Below are positions 10,255 through 21,131 of a DNA stretch of 64,000 nt, one piece after another (positions within the stretch are counted from its first letter, which is position 1; every line of letters starts with the position of its first letter). The DNA lies in the NCBI GenBank assembly GCA_965215505.1, contig OZ244065.1, forward strand, positions 5,888,001 through 5,952,000, read 5' to 3'. The translations under genes and the position numbers were made by a program. The notes under the pieces are model-generated. The model searched no databases and was not told the DNA's origin. It worked only from the letters and a program-made list of their open reading frames with translations. The DNA is from Capsulimonadaceae bacterium (lineage in GTDB: Bacteria > Armatimonadota > Armatimonadia > Armatimonadales > Capsulimonadaceae).

Positions 10255-10496
10255 TCACCTCTAAAGCCCGTCAGGAAGTGACTGATTTCCTCGCGGCGAG
10301 CCGAAACCCAGACGAGATCATAGAGTTTCGCCTTTCCGAGGAAGCGCGGGCGCGTGCCTATGACCTCCTCGCACGGGAAAAAGGCAACGGCCTGAGCGCG
10401 GAAGAGGCGACAGAGCTTGACGATTACATGCGGCTGGAACACCTAATGCGCCTCACCAAAGCAAGCGCTAGGGCCGAGAACCAGCGCAAGCCATGA
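10251..10496 (+). CDS. Small hypothetical protein, putative antitoxin-like
   Basis: ATGA overlaps at both ends; sequence EIIEFRLSEE...LSAEEATELDDYMRLEHLMRL. Confidence 0.6.
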   Translation: MITSKARQEVTDFLAASRNPDEIIEFRLSEEARARAYDLLAREKGNGLSAEEATELDDYMRLEHLMRLTKASARAENQRKP

Positions 10497-11263
10497 GCAA
10501 CCTGTACGCCGACCCGGCAGCCGCCAGCCGCTACAACGCCGCCCGGCATCTGCCCGAGGAGACGAAGGCGTTCTGGATGGACAGCCTCAAGGCGGTTCTG
10601 CCTGAAGTCCCTGTCGGGCGGTGTCTGGACTTGGGCTGTGGGACGGGCCGGTTCACGGCGGTGTTGGCACAGACTTTCGCCTGCCCGGTCGTCGGCGTGG
10701 AGCCTTCGGTAGCGATGCTTGCCGTCGCGCGGGCGGAGGCCATCCCCGAGGTGGAGTGGAAGCAGGGGAGCGCCGAGGACATCCCTTTGGAGAGCGGGTC
10801 GGTCCGGCTGGTCTTCATGTCACAGGTGTTCCATCACCTGAACAAGCCGCAGGAGGCTTTGCGGGAGATCCACCGCGTTCTGACGCCCGGAGGCAGCCTG
10901 ATCATCCGTAACGGGACGGCGGAGAACAATGAGGAAACGGAGTGGCTCCAGTGCTTCCCCAAGGCCCTGGCCTTCGACGCCCGGCGCATCCCAACGCGGG
11001 ATGCCCTGGAAGAGACGGTCTGCCGCCGACCGTTCGAGCTCGTCACCCGGCAGACCTTCCGGCAGTTGTTCGCGGCTTCGTACCGGGACTATTACGCAAA
11101 GGTCGGCCAGCGCGGTCTATCTTCGCTCATTGCCATCAGCGACGAGGCTTTTGCGCGCGGTATGGAGCGCTTCAAGGTGTGGGCGGATGAGCAGCCGCCC
11201 GACGAACCGGTCTATGAGCCGGTGGACGTGTTCGTTTTCCGCAGGCACGGGAGCGCGGCCTGA
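10493..11263 (+). CDS. Class I SAM-dependent methyltransferase
   Basis: LDLGCGTG motif I, GVEPS..ML, VFHHL, LTPGG. Confidence 0.9.
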   Translation: MSNLYADPAAASRYNAARHLPEETKAFWMDSLKAVLPEVPVGRCLDLGCGTGRFTAVLAQTFACPVVGVEPSVAMLAVARAEAIPEVEWKQGSAEDIPLESGSVRLVFMSQVFHHLNKPQEALREIHRVLTPGGSLIIRNGTAENNEETEWLQCFPKALAFDARRIPTRDALEETVCRRPFELVTRQTFRQLFAASYRDYYAKVGQRGLSSLIAISDEAFARGMERFKVWADEQPPDEPVYEPVDVFVFRRHGSAA

Positions 11264-11290
11264 CGTCATGGCCTGTAGAGACGAGACAGG

Positions 11291-11373
11291 AGGGGCGGGG
11301 ACCAAGCCCCGCCCCTACGCGGCCCCGCCATGCCGGTTGCCGTGACCGTAGGGGTAGGGCTTGTCCCTACCCT
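11291..11373. repeat. Inverted pair of GTAG-type REP-like palindromes
   Basis: AGGGGCGGGGACCAAGCCCCGCCCCTAC (11291-11318) and GTAGGGGTAGGGCTTGTCCCTACCCT (11348-11373). Confidence 0.65.
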
Positions 11374-11515
11374 CCGTTCCATGATACATCTTCTGTCCCC
11401 TGGACAGGTCTTGCGTCAGCGAGTGAATTCAGTCACTCGTTCCTAACTCACCACCAAAGCCGCCGATTGAGCGGCGATCGTCAGTATCAGACGCTACTCG
11501 GGGAGATCACACCAC

Positions 11516-12484
11516 ATGGGAGCGGACGAAGACACCCTGCGCCTCTTCAGCGGCAACGCCAACCCGGCCCTGGCCGAGAAGATCGCCTACCACCTGGGCC
11601 GGTCGCTCGGCAAGATACACTGCACGCGCTTCGCCGACGGCGAGATCCGCGTCAAGATCGAGGAGAGCGTGCGCGGCATGGACGTGTTCATCGTCCAGCC
11701 GACCTGCGCGCCGGTCAATGACACCCTGATGGAGCTGCTGATCATGGTGGACGCCTTCCGGCGGGCGTCCGCCAAGCGCATCACCCTGGTCATGCCCTAC
11801 TACGGGTACTCGCGGCAGGACAAGAAGATCAAGCCGCGCGAACCCGTCACCGCCCGGCTGGTCGCCGACATGATCACGGCGGCGGGCGCGCACCGCGTCC
11901 TGGCCGTGGACCTGCACGCGGGCCAGATCCAGGGCTTCTTCCAGCTCCCCCTGGACCATCTCTACGCCGGACCGCTGCTGGCTGCTTACCTCGCGGAGAA
12001 GGGCCTGAGCGACGGCGACACGGTCGTCGTCTCGCCGGACGTCGGGGGCGTGGGCCGGGCGCGCGGCATGGCCGAGATGCTGCACGCGCCCATCGCCATC
12101 ATCGCCAAGCGCCGCCCCGAGCCGAACAAGGTGGAGATCATGGAGATCATCGGCGACGTGCGCGGCAAGACGTGCGTCATGGTGGACGACATGATCGACA
12201 CGGGCGGCAGCACCGTCCTGGGGGCCTGCGCCCTGATGGAGCGCGGGGCGCGGCGCGTCTTCGCCTGCTGCACCCACGCGATCCTGTCCGACGGGGCCGT
12301 AGGCCGGATCGAGGACTCGCCCATCGCCGAGCTGGTCATCACCGACACCATCCCGTTCGACGACGGAAAGGCGGCCCGCAGCAGCAAGACGACCGTGATC
12401 TCGGTTGCCCCATTGCTGGCGAGCGCCATCTCCCGAATCCACCACGACGACAGCGTGAGCGAATTGTTCGACGCCTACTATTAG
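11516..12484 (+). CDS. prs: Ribose-phosphate pyrophosphokinase
   Basis: FADGE, PYYGYSRQD, DLHAGQIQGFF, VSPDVGG, VDDMIDTGG. Confidence 0.97.
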   Translation: MGADEDTLRLFSGNANPALAEKIAYHLGRSLGKIHCTRFADGEIRVKIEESVRGMDVFIVQPTCAPVNDTLMELLIMVDAFRRASAKRITLVMPYYGYSRQDKKIKPREPVTARLVADMITAAGAHRVLAVDLHAGQIQGFFQLPLDHLYAGPLLAAYLAEKGLSDGDTVVVSPDVGGVGRARGMAEMLHAPIAIIAKRRPEPNKVEIMEIIGDVRGKTCVMVDDMIDTGGSTVLGACALMERGARRVFACCTHAILSDGAVGRIEDSPIAELVITDTIPFDDGKAARSSKTTVISVAPLLASAISRIHHDDSVSELFDAYY

Positions 12485-12503
12485 ACGCGATTGAAGGAAA
12501 GAC

Positions 12504-14501
12504 ATGGCCCTCGTCGAAAAAGCGCCGCCCACGACGGAGCCTGCGCGCGCCGGGCATCGGCCCGTCCGCTGGGCCTACGTCGCCGGCGTCGCCCTGCCGC
12601 TGATCGTGCTGAACTGCGGGTGGATCGCGAACTCGGAGATGAAAACGGGCGTCACCGAGCTGACCATCTCCACCCTCTTCCTGGGCGTCACCTTCCTGCT
12701 GTTCGTGCTGACGCTGCTGAACCTGCTGCTGGCACGCCTCGCCGGAGGACGGGCCGCCATGCGCCAGCCGGAGCTGATGGCGCTGTACTCGGTCCTCTCC
12801 ATGTCCAGCGTCGTGGCGGGCGTTGGGCACCTGGGCTTCTTCCTGCCGTTCCTCGCCAACCCCTTCTACTACCAGACCACCGCCAACGGCTGGTCGTCCT
12901 TCTGGCATCTGCTGCCCCCCTACATCGGCCCGCGCGACCCCGCCATCCTGCGCGGCTTCTTTCTGGGGCATTCGACCGCCTTTGAGCCGCACATCCTCGC
13001 GGCCTGGGCCTACCCCCTGGCCGTGTGGAGCGTCTTCTTCCTGGTCCTGCTCTGGACGACCCTTTGCCTCGCCGCCATCCTGCGCCGCCGCTGGGAGGAC
13101 GAGGAACACCTGCCGTTCCCCGTCCTCGCCCTGCCGCTGGAGATGACCCGCGAGGGCGCACCCCTGTACCGCCAGCCCCTGCTCTGGGGCGGCTTCGCCA
13201 TCCCCGCCGTCCTGCACTCGCTCAACTCCCTGCAAAGCCTCTTCCCGACCCTGCCGACGATGCAGATCAACAGCGTCCACGACCTCATCCCCGACGCCGT
13301 CCTCCAGTACCCTCTGACGGGGGCCGGGACGCTGTTCTATCAGCTCCACCCGTCCGGCGTCGGCTTCGGGTTCCTGATCAATACCGATGTCTCCTTCTCG
13401 CTCTGGTTCTTCTACCTCGCCCGGAAGGCCCTGGACGTCTGGGCCACGGCCCAGAACTGGCGCGACCCGGCGACGGGCTGGTATGTGGACAGCAACGGCC
13501 AGTTCCCGTATTTCAGCTACCAGGGATGGGGGGCCTGGCTGGCCCTGAGCCTCGCCACCCTGTGGGCCGGACGTTCCTACTTCCGCGCCTACTTCGCCCG
13601 CGCCTTCCGTGGCGACAAAAGGGGTGTAGACAGGGATGAGCCGATGAGCGCGCGTCTGGCAGTCTTCGGCTTCCTCGCTGGTTTCCTGGCCCTGAGCGCC
13701 TTCGTTTGGTCGTCCGGCGGGTCGTGGTGGCTGCCGGTCGTGTTCCTGGCGGTCTACCTGCTGCTCATCGTGACTCTCTCGCGCATCCGGGCCGAGACCG
13801 CCATGATTTCCAGCGAGCTGGTCTGGATCAACCCCCAGAGCATGATCACGGTGCTGACGGGTACGACCGCGCTGTCCCAGCCTGACCTAGCGCACATCGG
13901 CATGTTGTCCTGGTTCAACGGCGACTACCGGGCGGCGGCGATGCCGCACCAACTGGAAGCCTTCGTCGGGCTTCGGCGCGCGGGGGGCCGCCTCAGCCCG
14001 CTCGTCACGGCCCTGCTGCTGGCCGCCGCCGTCGCCATCGTCGCCGCCCTGCTGTGGGACCTCCAGCTCTACTACGTCAACGGCGCGGCGGGCGGCAACG
14101 TCAACTCCTGGCGCATCAGCAAAGGGTCGGAGCCGTGGGTGAACCTGCAAAACGCCCTGCAAAACCCGAAGGCGGCGAACGGGACCGCCCTGGGCGCGAT
14201 GGTCGGCGGCGCCCTGATCGTCTTCCTGCTGTCCGCCCTCCGCACCCGGTTCGTCGGCTTCCCGCTGCACCCCGCCGCCTACGCCCTGAACCTGAGCTTT
14301 GCCAACGACTTCTTCTGGGGCGATATGCTCCTCGCCTGGCTCATCAAGACGTGCGTCCTGCGCTACGGCGGCATCAAGCTGTACCGGCAGGCTTTGCCGT
14401 TCTTCCTGGGCCTCATTCTCGGTGACTACGTCACCGGCTCGGTCTGGAGCCTGATCGGGACGCTTTTCCACCTCAGCCTGTTCCGCACGTTCGCGACCTG
14501 A
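12504..14501 (+). CDS. Multi-pass membrane protein, DUF6785/DUF6784-like putative transporter
   Basis: Many TM segments; W...E.LPFP..LPL, FPLHP.AY and RYGG.KLYR.ALPFFLGLILGD motifs. Family assignment is from memory only. Confidence 0.65.
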   Translation: MALVEKAPPTTEPARAGHRPVRWAYVAGVALPLIVLNCGWIANSEMKTGVTELTISTLFLGVTFLLFVLTLLNLLLARLAGGRAAMRQPELMALYSVLSMSSVVAGVGHLGFFLPFLANPFYYQTTANGWSSFWHLLPPYIGPRDPAILRGFFLGHSTAFEPHILAAWAYPLAVWSVFFLVLLWTTLCLAAILRRRWEDEEHLPFPVLALPLEMTREGAPLYRQPLLWGGFAIPAVLHSLNSLQSLFPTLPTMQINSVHDLIPDAVLQYPLTGAGTLFYQLHPSGVGFGFLINTDVSFSLWFFYLARKALDVWATAQNWRDPATGWYVDSNGQFPYFSYQGWGAWLALSLATLWAGRSYFRAYFARAFRGDKRGVDRDEPMSARLAVFGFLAGFLALSAFVWSSGGSWWLPVVFLAVYLLLIVTLSRIRAETAMISSELVWINPQSMITVLTGTTALSQPDLAHIGMLSWFNGDYRAAAMPHQLEAFVGLRRAGGRLSPLVTALLLAAAVAIVAALLWDLQLYYVNGAAGGNVNSWRISKGSEPWVNLQNALQNPKAANGTALGAMVGGALIVFLLSALRTRFVGFPLHPAAYALNLSFANDFFWGDMLLAWLIKTCVLRYGGIKLYRQALPFFLGLILGDYVTGSVWSLIGTLFHLSLFRTFAT

Positions 14502-14536
14502 GCAGGATTCCTCCCGCCTGCGGCGAATAAGGGCGC

Positions 14537-15433
14537 ATGACACAACCAAACGACATCCGTATCGGCACACTCGTCAGCGGCAACGGGGCCGACCCCGCCG
14601 GGTACATCAAGCAGATCTTGCCGCACGGGTTTGAAAGCTTTCAGATCACCTTCTGGCAGACGACCGGCGGCGCGGACCTGCCCGACATGGCCGCCCGCGT
14701 CAAGGACACCCTCGGCGACCGGGCCGTCATCAGTTCGCTCGCCGTCTTCGGCAACCCCTTGGAAGGCGAGGAGCGTGACCTGGACAGCCTGCGGGCCTGG
14801 GAGAGCGCCATTGACAACGCCCACCTGTTCGGTGCCAACATCGTCGCCGGGTTCACGGGCCGCCTGCGCGGCAAGCCGCTCCCCGATTCGCTGCCCCGCT
14901 ACCGCGAGGTCTTCGGCCCACTCGCCCAGCGCGCTGCCGACAAGGGCGTCAAGATCGCGTTTGAAAACTGCGCGATGGGCGGCGACTGGCAGAGCGGCGA
15001 CTGGAACATCGCCCACTCCCCTGTCGCCTGGGAGGTGCTGTTTGACGCCCTGCCCGCCGAGAACGTCGGCCTGGAATGGGAGCCGTGCCACCAGCTCGTC
15101 GCCCTGATAGACCCGATGCCGCAGATCCCCAAGTATGCCTCCAAGATCTTCCACGTCCACGGCAAGGACGCGACCATCCATTGGGATGTCGTGAAGCGCG
15201 AGGGCGTCATCGGCCCGACGCCGTTCGCCTACCACCGAACGCCCGGCTTCGGCGACTCGGACTGGACCCAGGTCATCAGCGAGCTGCGCCGCAATGGCTA
15301 CACCGGCTCGATTGACATTGAGGGCTGGCACGATCCCGTCTACAGAGGCGACCTGGAGATGACCGGCCAGGTCCACGGCTTGAACTACCTGAAGCGCTGC
15401 CGGACCGAGTTCGTCCAGAACCCGATGGGATAG
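14537..15433 (+). CDS. Sugar phosphate isomerase/epimerase (xylose isomerase-like TIM barrel)
   Basis: IAFENC, HVHGKD, RTPGFGD.DW, IDIEG. Confidence 0.85.
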   Translation: MTQPNDIRIGTLVSGNGADPAGYIKQILPHGFESFQITFWQTTGGADLPDMAARVKDTLGDRAVISSLAVFGNPLEGEERDLDSLRAWESAIDNAHLFGANIVAGFTGRLRGKPLPDSLPRYREVFGPLAQRAADKGVKIAFENCAMGGDWQSGDWNIAHSPVAWEVLFDALPAENVGLEWEPCHQLVALIDPMPQIPKYASKIFHVHGKDATIHWDVVKREGVIGPTPFAYHRTPGFGDSDWTQVISELRRNGYTGSIDIEGWHDPVYRGDLEMTGQVHGLNYLKRCRTEFVQNPMG

Positions 15434-15443
15434 AAGCCCCTCG

Positions 15444-15542
15444 AGGGCGCACACGCAGGTGCGCCCCTACGCCGCGATGGTACCGTCTGGGTCAAAATGC
15501 GATGACCCGACGCCCGTAGGGGCGCACCTGCGCGTTCGCCCT
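15444..15542. repeat. Inverted pair of GTAG-type REP-like palindromes
   Basis: AGGGCGCACACGCAGGTGCGCCCCTAC (15444-15470) and GTAGGGGCGCACCTGCGCGTTCGCCCT (15516-15542). Confidence 0.7.
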
Positions 15543-15604
15543 CCTTATGGCGCGTTCGCCCTCCTTGATCCGTATGCGCCCTTCTGTGATTGCCAGGAAA
15601 CCCA

Positions 15605-16639
15605 ATGCCTACGACAAACACCTTCACCCGCACCGCCGATGGCGTCAACCCGAACCTCGTCCCCAAGATGCTCCTGCCAAGCGGCGTGACCGTCCCCGCC
15701 ATCGGGCTGGGCACCTTCGGGTCGGACAACTACACCACCGAACAGATCGCTGAGGCCGTCATCGGCGCGGCCTCCGTAGGCTACCGGCACTTCGACTGCG
15801 CCTCCGTCTACGGCAACGAGGACGCCGTGGGCCGCTCCCTCCAGACCATCCTACAGGGCGGTGTCCCGCGCGAAGATCTCTGGATCACCTCCAAGGTCTG
15901 GAACGACAAACACGGTCAGGTCATTGAGTCCTGCAAGCAGTCCCTCCAAGACTTGCAGCTTGACTACCTCGACCTCTACCTCGTCCACTGGCCCTTCCCG
16001 AACTTCCACGCCAAAGGTGTGGACGCCTCGGCCCGCGACCCGCACGCCAAACCCTACATCCACGATGACTACATGAAGACCTGGCAGCAGATGGAGCAGT
16101 TGATCGGCATGGGCCTGGTCAAGCACATCGGCACCTCCAACATGACAATCCCCAAACTGGAACTGCTCCTGCGCGACGCGGCGATCAAGCCCGCCGCAAA
16201 CGAGATGGAACTGCACCCGCATTTCCAGCAGCCGGACCTCTTCGACTTCGTGGTCGGCAATGGCATCCTGCCCATCGGCTACTCCCCCATCGGCTCGCCC
16301 TCCCGCCCCGAGCGCGACCGGACGCCCGAAGACACCGTGGACGTGGACGACCCCGTCATCCTCCGCATTGCCCAGCGGCTCAACGTCCACCCCGCCGTCG
16401 TCTGCGTCAAGTGGGGCGTCCAGCATGGCCACATCCCCATCCCCTTCTCGGTCAAGCGCGCGCAGTACCTCAGTACCTTGCAGGCCATCGTCGCCGAGCC
16501 TTTGACCTTGGAGGAGATGCAGGAGATCGCCGGCATTGACAAAAATAACCGCCTGATCAAAGGCCACGTCTTTTTGTGGAAAGACGGCCAGACGTGGGAG
16601 GACCTGTGGGACGTGACCGGCGAGATCACCCCGCCGTAG
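15605..16639 (+). CDS. Aldo/keto reductase
   Basis: PAIGLGT, GYRHFDCASVYGNE, ITSKVWN, YLDLYLVHWP, IGTSN. Confidence 0.93.
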   Translation: MPTTNTFTRTADGVNPNLVPKMLLPSGVTVPAIGLGTFGSDNYTTEQIAEAVIGAASVGYRHFDCASVYGNEDAVGRSLQTILQGGVPREDLWITSKVWNDKHGQVIESCKQSLQDLQLDYLDLYLVHWPFPNFHAKGVDASARDPHAKPYIHDDYMKTWQQMEQLIGMGLVKHIGTSNMTIPKLELLLRDAAIKPAANEMELHPHFQQPDLFDFVVGNGILPIGYSPIGSPSRPERDRTPEDTVDVDDPVILRIAQRLNVHPAVVCVKWGVQHGHIPIPFSVKRAQYLSTLQAIVAEPLTLEEMQEIAGIDKNNRLIKGHVFLWKDGQTWEDLWDVTGEITPP

Positions 16640-16694
16640 CGACCGCTTATGCGGTACAATGACAGCACGCCGCATCATCCCTGGAGGCCATATC

Positions 16695-17336
16695 ATGGCA
16701 CTGCCCGCGCTCTACGCCAAAGAACCGCTGCTAAACAAAGACTGGTATACGGAGGACGAATACTTCGCCCTTGAAGACCGCTCCCCCCACCGCTGGGAGT
16801 TCCTGCCTGATGACCCGCCGAACCCAAACGGGCCGCGCCTGGGCCGCATCCGCGCCATGAGTGGGGGCAGCCCGAAGTATAGCGCCCTCGCCATGCGTCT
16901 GGGCCGAAGGCTGGGTAATGCGCTCGAAAGCGCAGGAAACGAAATGTGTGAAGTCTATGGCTCGGACCTAAAGGTCCGCACCGTTGACGAACGCACGACA
17001 TACCCAGACGTCAGCATCGTGTGCGGCGCACTTATCTACCACCCCGGACGGCGTGATACGGTGACTAACCCCATCCTGGTCGCTGAAGTGTTCTCCCCCT
17101 CAACTGAGGGCGATGACCGCAACAAGAAACGCGCGAATTATCAGACAATCCCGACCTTGCAGCATTACCTGCTGCTCACTGCAAACCGGCCGCGCGTCGA
17201 GCTGTACACGCGCGAGGAGGCCGGCTGGCGTTTCGAGGCATGGGAGGACCGGGACGCCCTAATCCCTTTGCCCGCACTTAACCTGACGCTGACACTCGCC
17301 GAGCTATATAAAAGCGCAGACTTCGGGGCCGGTTGA
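16695..17336 (+). CDS. Uma2-family (DUF820) putative restriction endonuclease
   Basis: YPDVSIVC, P.LVAEV.SPSTE..DR..K...YQ.IPTL..YLL; GGAGG RBS. Confidence 0.85.
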   Translation: MALPALYAKEPLLNKDWYTEDEYFALEDRSPHRWEFLPDDPPNPNGPRLGRIRAMSGGSPKYSALAMRLGRRLGNALESAGNEMCEVYGSDLKVRTVDERTTYPDVSIVCGALIYHPGRRDTVTNPILVAEVFSPSTEGDDRNKKRANYQTIPTLQHYLLLTANRPRVELYTREEAGWRFEAWEDRDALIPLPALNLTLTLAELYKSADFGAG

Positions 17337-17379
17337 TCTGAGCGCGCACCAATGCCTCAAGCCCTTCAAAGCAGAACCG

Positions 17380-17604
17380 ATGCAAGTTCAAGAACACAAA
17401 GGCCGTGTCAGTATCAACGGCCATAAGCTCATCGGCCACATCACCGACACACCCTGTCCCCGGTGTGGGGAGAAGCTAGTGTACGCCGACAAGTATGATG
17501 CTAATTTTTGCCCCGCTGAGAACATCTGGACTGACGAGAAGTGTGGCGACGTTGCCTGCGCCCAATGTCGCCGGAGGCCGGACAAGCCACTTGCCGAAGC
17601 ATAG
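17380..17604 (+). CDS. Small Cys-rich (zinc-ribbon-like) hypothetical protein
   Basis: CPRC...C...C..CAQC in 74 aa. Confidence 0.55.
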   Translation: MQVQEHKGRVSINGHKLIGHITDTPCPRCGEKLVYADKYDANFCPAENIWTDEKCGDVACAQCRRRPDKPLAEA

Positions 17605-17613
17605 GAGTAACGA

Positions 17614-17889
17614 ATGACCATCACGATTGACCTACCGGAAGACACCGCCGCAATCTTGAATGAGCGGGCGCGGGTTGAGGGACGGCCTATCGCCGAACTC
17701 GCAACGGAGGCGGTCACGGATCGCTATAGTGCCTTCGATGAAGAAGACTTTCTGTTGGATGATGATGCAGTGGTGAAAATCTGGCGAGGTTTAGCGGAAG
17801 TGGATGCTGGTCAGGTTGCGTCTTTGGAAGAGGCACTGGCTAACTTCAAGGCTTCGTTTTCCATGTGCTACAGAAACGGTAACGCATGA
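17614..17889 (+). CDS. Putative antitoxin-like protein (ribbon-helix-helix-like N-terminus)
   Basis: MTITIDLPE...L..RA..EG; I.RGLAEVDAG.V.SLEE; AGGAG RBS. Confidence 0.6.
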   Translation: MTITIDLPEDTAAILNERARVEGRPIAELATEAVTDRYSAFDEEDFLLDDDAVVKIWRGLAEVDAGQVASLEEALANFKASFSMCYRNGNA

Positions 17890-17909
17890 GCAGGATAAGC
17901 CGAATGGGA

Positions 17910-17933
17910 AGGGAGGGACAAGCCCTCCCCTAC
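17910..17933 (-). repeat. GTAG-type REP-like palindrome
   Basis: AGGGAGGGACAAGCCCTCCCCTAC; reverse complement starts GTAGGGG. Confidence 0.55.
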
Positions 17934-18024
17934 ATCTCCGCGACTTTTGCCCGCGAAGGCGGGGAGTTGCACTTCTAAAGCCCAGGGGTTCAGCCCTGGG
18001 TCCCGGCCACTAGGGAAACAAACC

Positions 18025-19101
18025 ATGACAGTTTTGCAAGAACGAACCCCCCAACCCCGCACCATGCAGGGCGTCGTCCTGCCCGGAAACAGCACCGTCG
18101 CGTTCCGGGAGCAGCCCATCCCCGTGCCGGGGCATGGGCAGGTGCTGGTCCAGATGAAGGCGTCTTCCATCTGCGGCAGCGACATCCGCGCCATCTACCG
18201 GGAACACCTGGGGGTGGGGGATGAGGCCTACCGGAACGTACTGGCCGGGCATGAGCCGTGCGGCCAGATCGCCGAGGTCGGGCCGGGCTGCAAGCGGTTC
18301 AAGGCCGGCGACCGAGTCGTGCTGTACCATATCAGCGGGTGCGGCGTCTGCGAGGACTGCAAGGCCGGCTATATGATCTCCTGCCATTCCTCGTTCCGGG
18401 CCGCCTACGGCTGGCAGCGGGACGGTGGCCACGCGCCGTTCCTGCTGGCCGAGGAAAACACCTGCATCGCGCTCCCCGACAACCTGACCTATGTGGACGG
18501 TGCCCTGGTCGCCTGCGGCTTCGGCACGGCCTGGGAGGCCCTGACGCGCATCAACGTCGGCGGGCGCGACCGGCTGCTGGTGACCGGTTTGGGGCCGGTG
18601 GGGCTGGCGGCTGCCATGCTCGGCAAGGCTTTAGGCGCGTCCCAGGTGATTGGCGTGGACACGAGCCAGGGCCGGATTGACCTGGCGCTGGAACTTGGCC
18701 TGGTGGATGAGGCTTTTCTGAGCGACGCCGGGGCCTTGGACAAGATCAAGGCCGTGACGGGTGGCAAGGGGTGCGAGACGAGCATAGACTGTTCGGGGGC
18801 TGCGCCCGCCCGCAAGCTGGCCCTGCAAGGGACGCGCCAGTGGGGACGGTGCGTATTTGTCGGCGAGGGTGGGAGCGTAAACTTCGACGTGTCGCCGTAC
18901 TTGATCCACCCGCAGATCACCCTGTACGGGTCCTGGGTGACATCACTCAATCATATGGAGGACCTGGTGGAGCGCCTGTCGCGGTGGGACCTGCACCCGG
19001 AAAAGACCGTCACACACCGGTTCAAGCTGGAAGAGGCCGCCGAGGCGTATGACGTGGCCGACAAGGGCCAGTCGGGGAAGGTCGTGATCGTCTTTGACTG
19101 A
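18025..19101 (+). CDS. Zn-binding alcohol/sugar dehydrogenase
   Basis: [18 protein letters not shown]...C structural Zn site, GLGPVG. Confidence 0.9.
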   Translation: MTVLQERTPQPRTMQGVVLPGNSTVAFREQPIPVPGHGQVLVQMKASSICGSDIRAIYREHLGVGDEAYRNVLAGHEPCGQIAEVGPGCKRFKAGDRVVLYHISGCGVCEDCKAGYMISCHSSFRAAYGWQRDGGHAPFLLAEENTCIALPDNLTYVDGALVACGFGTAWEALTRINVGGRDRLLVTGLGPVGLAAAMLGKALGASQVIGVDTSQGRIDLALELGLVDEAFLSDAGALDKIKAVTGGKGCETSIDCSGAAPARKLALQGTRQWGRCVFVGEGGSVNFDVSPYLIHPQITLYGSWVTSLNHMEDLVERLSRWDLHPEKTVTHRFKLEEAAEAYDVADKGQSGKVVIVFD

Positions 19102-21097
19102 CCTGAACTTCTTAAGCTCTCTGGCGGAAAACATCACTGTGGAGGCTGACCCGACGGGCGTCGGCGTCTTCCTGCGCTTCACGGCCTCCGAGGCTGGCGC
19201 GCGCCACGTCTTCCCCGTCGGCACGGTGACGGGCATGAGCCGCTTCACCTGCTGCGCCCGCTATGAGCCGTTCTGGATGAAGCCGCACGCCGGGATGCGG
19301 GCGGGCCAGGTGCCTGTCGAGACCCAATACCTACTCACCGAGCAGGAGGACGGCTCCTGCGTCCTGTACGTCCCACTGATTGACGGCGCGTCCCGGGCCA
19401 GCCTGCAAGGGGCGGGCGAGGACGGCCTGGAGATCGTCGCCGAGTCGGGCGACCCGGCGACGGTCACGGACCAGATCGTCGGGCTTTTTGTCGCCGCCGG
19501 GGCTGACCCCTACGCCCTCTTGGAGCAGGCCGCGCGCAGCGTGATGACGCACCTCGGGACGGGTAGGCTGCGGGCGGAGAAGCCGCTGCCCGCCTTCGCG
19601 GACGAGTTCGGCTGGTGTACCTGGGATGCCTTCTATGGCGAGGTTTCGCACGACAAGGTGCGGCAAGGGCTGGAAAGCTTCCGCGCCGGCGGCCTGTTCC
19701 CGCGCTATTTGATCCTGGACGACGGCTGGCAGAGCGTCCAGAAGATGCCCACGGGCGAGACGCGGCTGACGGCATTTAGAGCTAATGAGAAGTTCCCCGG
19801 CGATCTCGCCCCGACCGTGCGGATGGCGAAGGGCGAGTTTGGCGTCGAGACGTTCCTCGTCTGGCACGCTCTCAACGGCTACTGGGGCGGCGTGGACGAC
19901 GCCGCCCTGCCGGGCTATGACGCCCGCCCGATGCGCCGCGACCACTCGCCCGGCATCCTGAAGTTTGAACCCGGCTGGACCACGAGCCTCAACGAGTACT
20001 TCGGCGGGTTCGTGAGCGTCGTCCCGCCCCGCCACATCGCCCGGTTCTTCCAGGACTACCACCGGCACCTGCGCGCGCAGGGGGTGGACGGCGTGAAGGT
20101 GGACAACCAGGCCAGTCTGGAGGCCGTCGCGGCGGGCCTCGGCGGGCGCGTCACCCTCATGCAGCGCTACCATGAGGCTCTGGAAGGGGCGGCGCAGACC
20201 CACTTCGGCGGCACCCTCATCAACTGCATGTCCTGTGCCAATGAGATGTTCTACAGCGCCCCGGCTTCTACGCTGACCCGCACCTCGACCGACTTCTGGC
20301 CCAACGACCCGGCCTCGCACGGCCTGCACCTCTATACGAATGCCCAGGTCGGCGCTTGGTTCGGCGAGTTCGTCCACCCCGACTGGGACATGTTCCAGTC
20401 CGGGCACCCGATGGGGGCCTACCACGCCGCCGGCCGCGCCGTCAGCGGCGCACCCGTCTACGTCTCGGACAAGCCCGACGCCCACGACTTCACCCTGCTG
20501 CGTAAGCTGGTGCTGGCTGACGGCTCGGTCGCCCGCGCCGACCTGCCCGGCCGGCCCACGCGGGACTGCCTGTTCCACGACCCGACCCGCGAGGACGTCC
20601 TCCTGAAAATCTTCAGCCGCAACGGGAATGGCGGGGTCGTCGGCGTCTTCAACGCTCGGTATGATGCCGAGAACGCCCTGCCGCCCATCGCCGGTGTCGT
20701 CCGCCCCGCCGATGTGGAAGGGCTGGTCGGGGAACGATTCGCCGTCTACGAACACTCGACGGGCGAAGTCCGCGTCCTGGGCCGCGAAGACACTTGGGAT
20801 GTCGCCCTGCCGCCCCTGACGGCCGAAGTCTTTACCATCGTTCCCCTCACCGACGGGCTGGCACCCCTCGGCTTGGCCGACAAGTTCAACAGCGGCGGAA
20901 CCATCGCCTCGGTCGCCCGGCCTGACGGCGTCTGCGACGTGGTCCTGCGCGACGGCGGCCCCTTCATCGCCTGGTCGGAGCATGAGCCGGCCGAGGTGTC
21001 TATGGAAGGTGCCGCCCTGCCGTTCACCTATGATTCCGCCTCCCGTCTGCTGTCCGTCACCGTCCCGAGCGCCGGGCCGCTCCGCCTCCGCCCGTAG
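19094..21097 (+). CDS. Sip1/raffinose-synthase-type alpha-galactosidase (GH36)
   Basis: [48 protein letters not shown]. Confidence 0.92.
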   Translation: MTDLNFLSSLAENITVEADPTGVGVFLRFTASEAGARHVFPVGTVTGMSRFTCCARYEPFWMKPHAGMRAGQVPVETQYLLTEQEDGSCVLYVPLIDGASRASLQGAGEDGLEIVAESGDPATVTDQIVGLFVAAGADPYALLEQAARSVMTHLGTGRLRAEKPLPAFADEFGWCTWDAFYGEVSHDKVRQGLESFRAGGLFPRYLILDDGWQSVQKMPTGETRLTAFRANEKFPGDLAPTVRMAKGEFGVETFLVWHALNGYWGGVDDAALPGYDARPMRRDHSPGILKFEPGWTTSLNEYFGGFVSVVPPRHIARFFQDYHRHLRAQGVDGVKVDNQASLEAVAAGLGGRVTLMQRYHEALEGAAQTHFGGTLINCMSCANEMFYSAPASTLTRTSTDFWPNDPASHGLHLYTNAQVGAWFGEFVHPDWDMFQSGHPMGAYHAAGRAVSGAPVYVSDKPDAHDFTLLRKLVLADGSVARADLPGRPTRDCLFHDPTREDVLLKIFSRNGNGGVVGVFNARYDAENALPPIAGVVRPADVEGLVGERFAVYEHSTGEVRVLGREDTWDVALPPLTAEVFTIVPLTDGLAPLGLADKFNSGGTIASVARPDGVCDVVLRDGGPFIAWSEHEPAEVSMEGAALPFTYDSASRLLSVTVPSAGPLRLRP

Positions 21098-21131
21098 CGG
21101 GCCAAGAAGAGTCCAAAAGGAGACAATCGCC

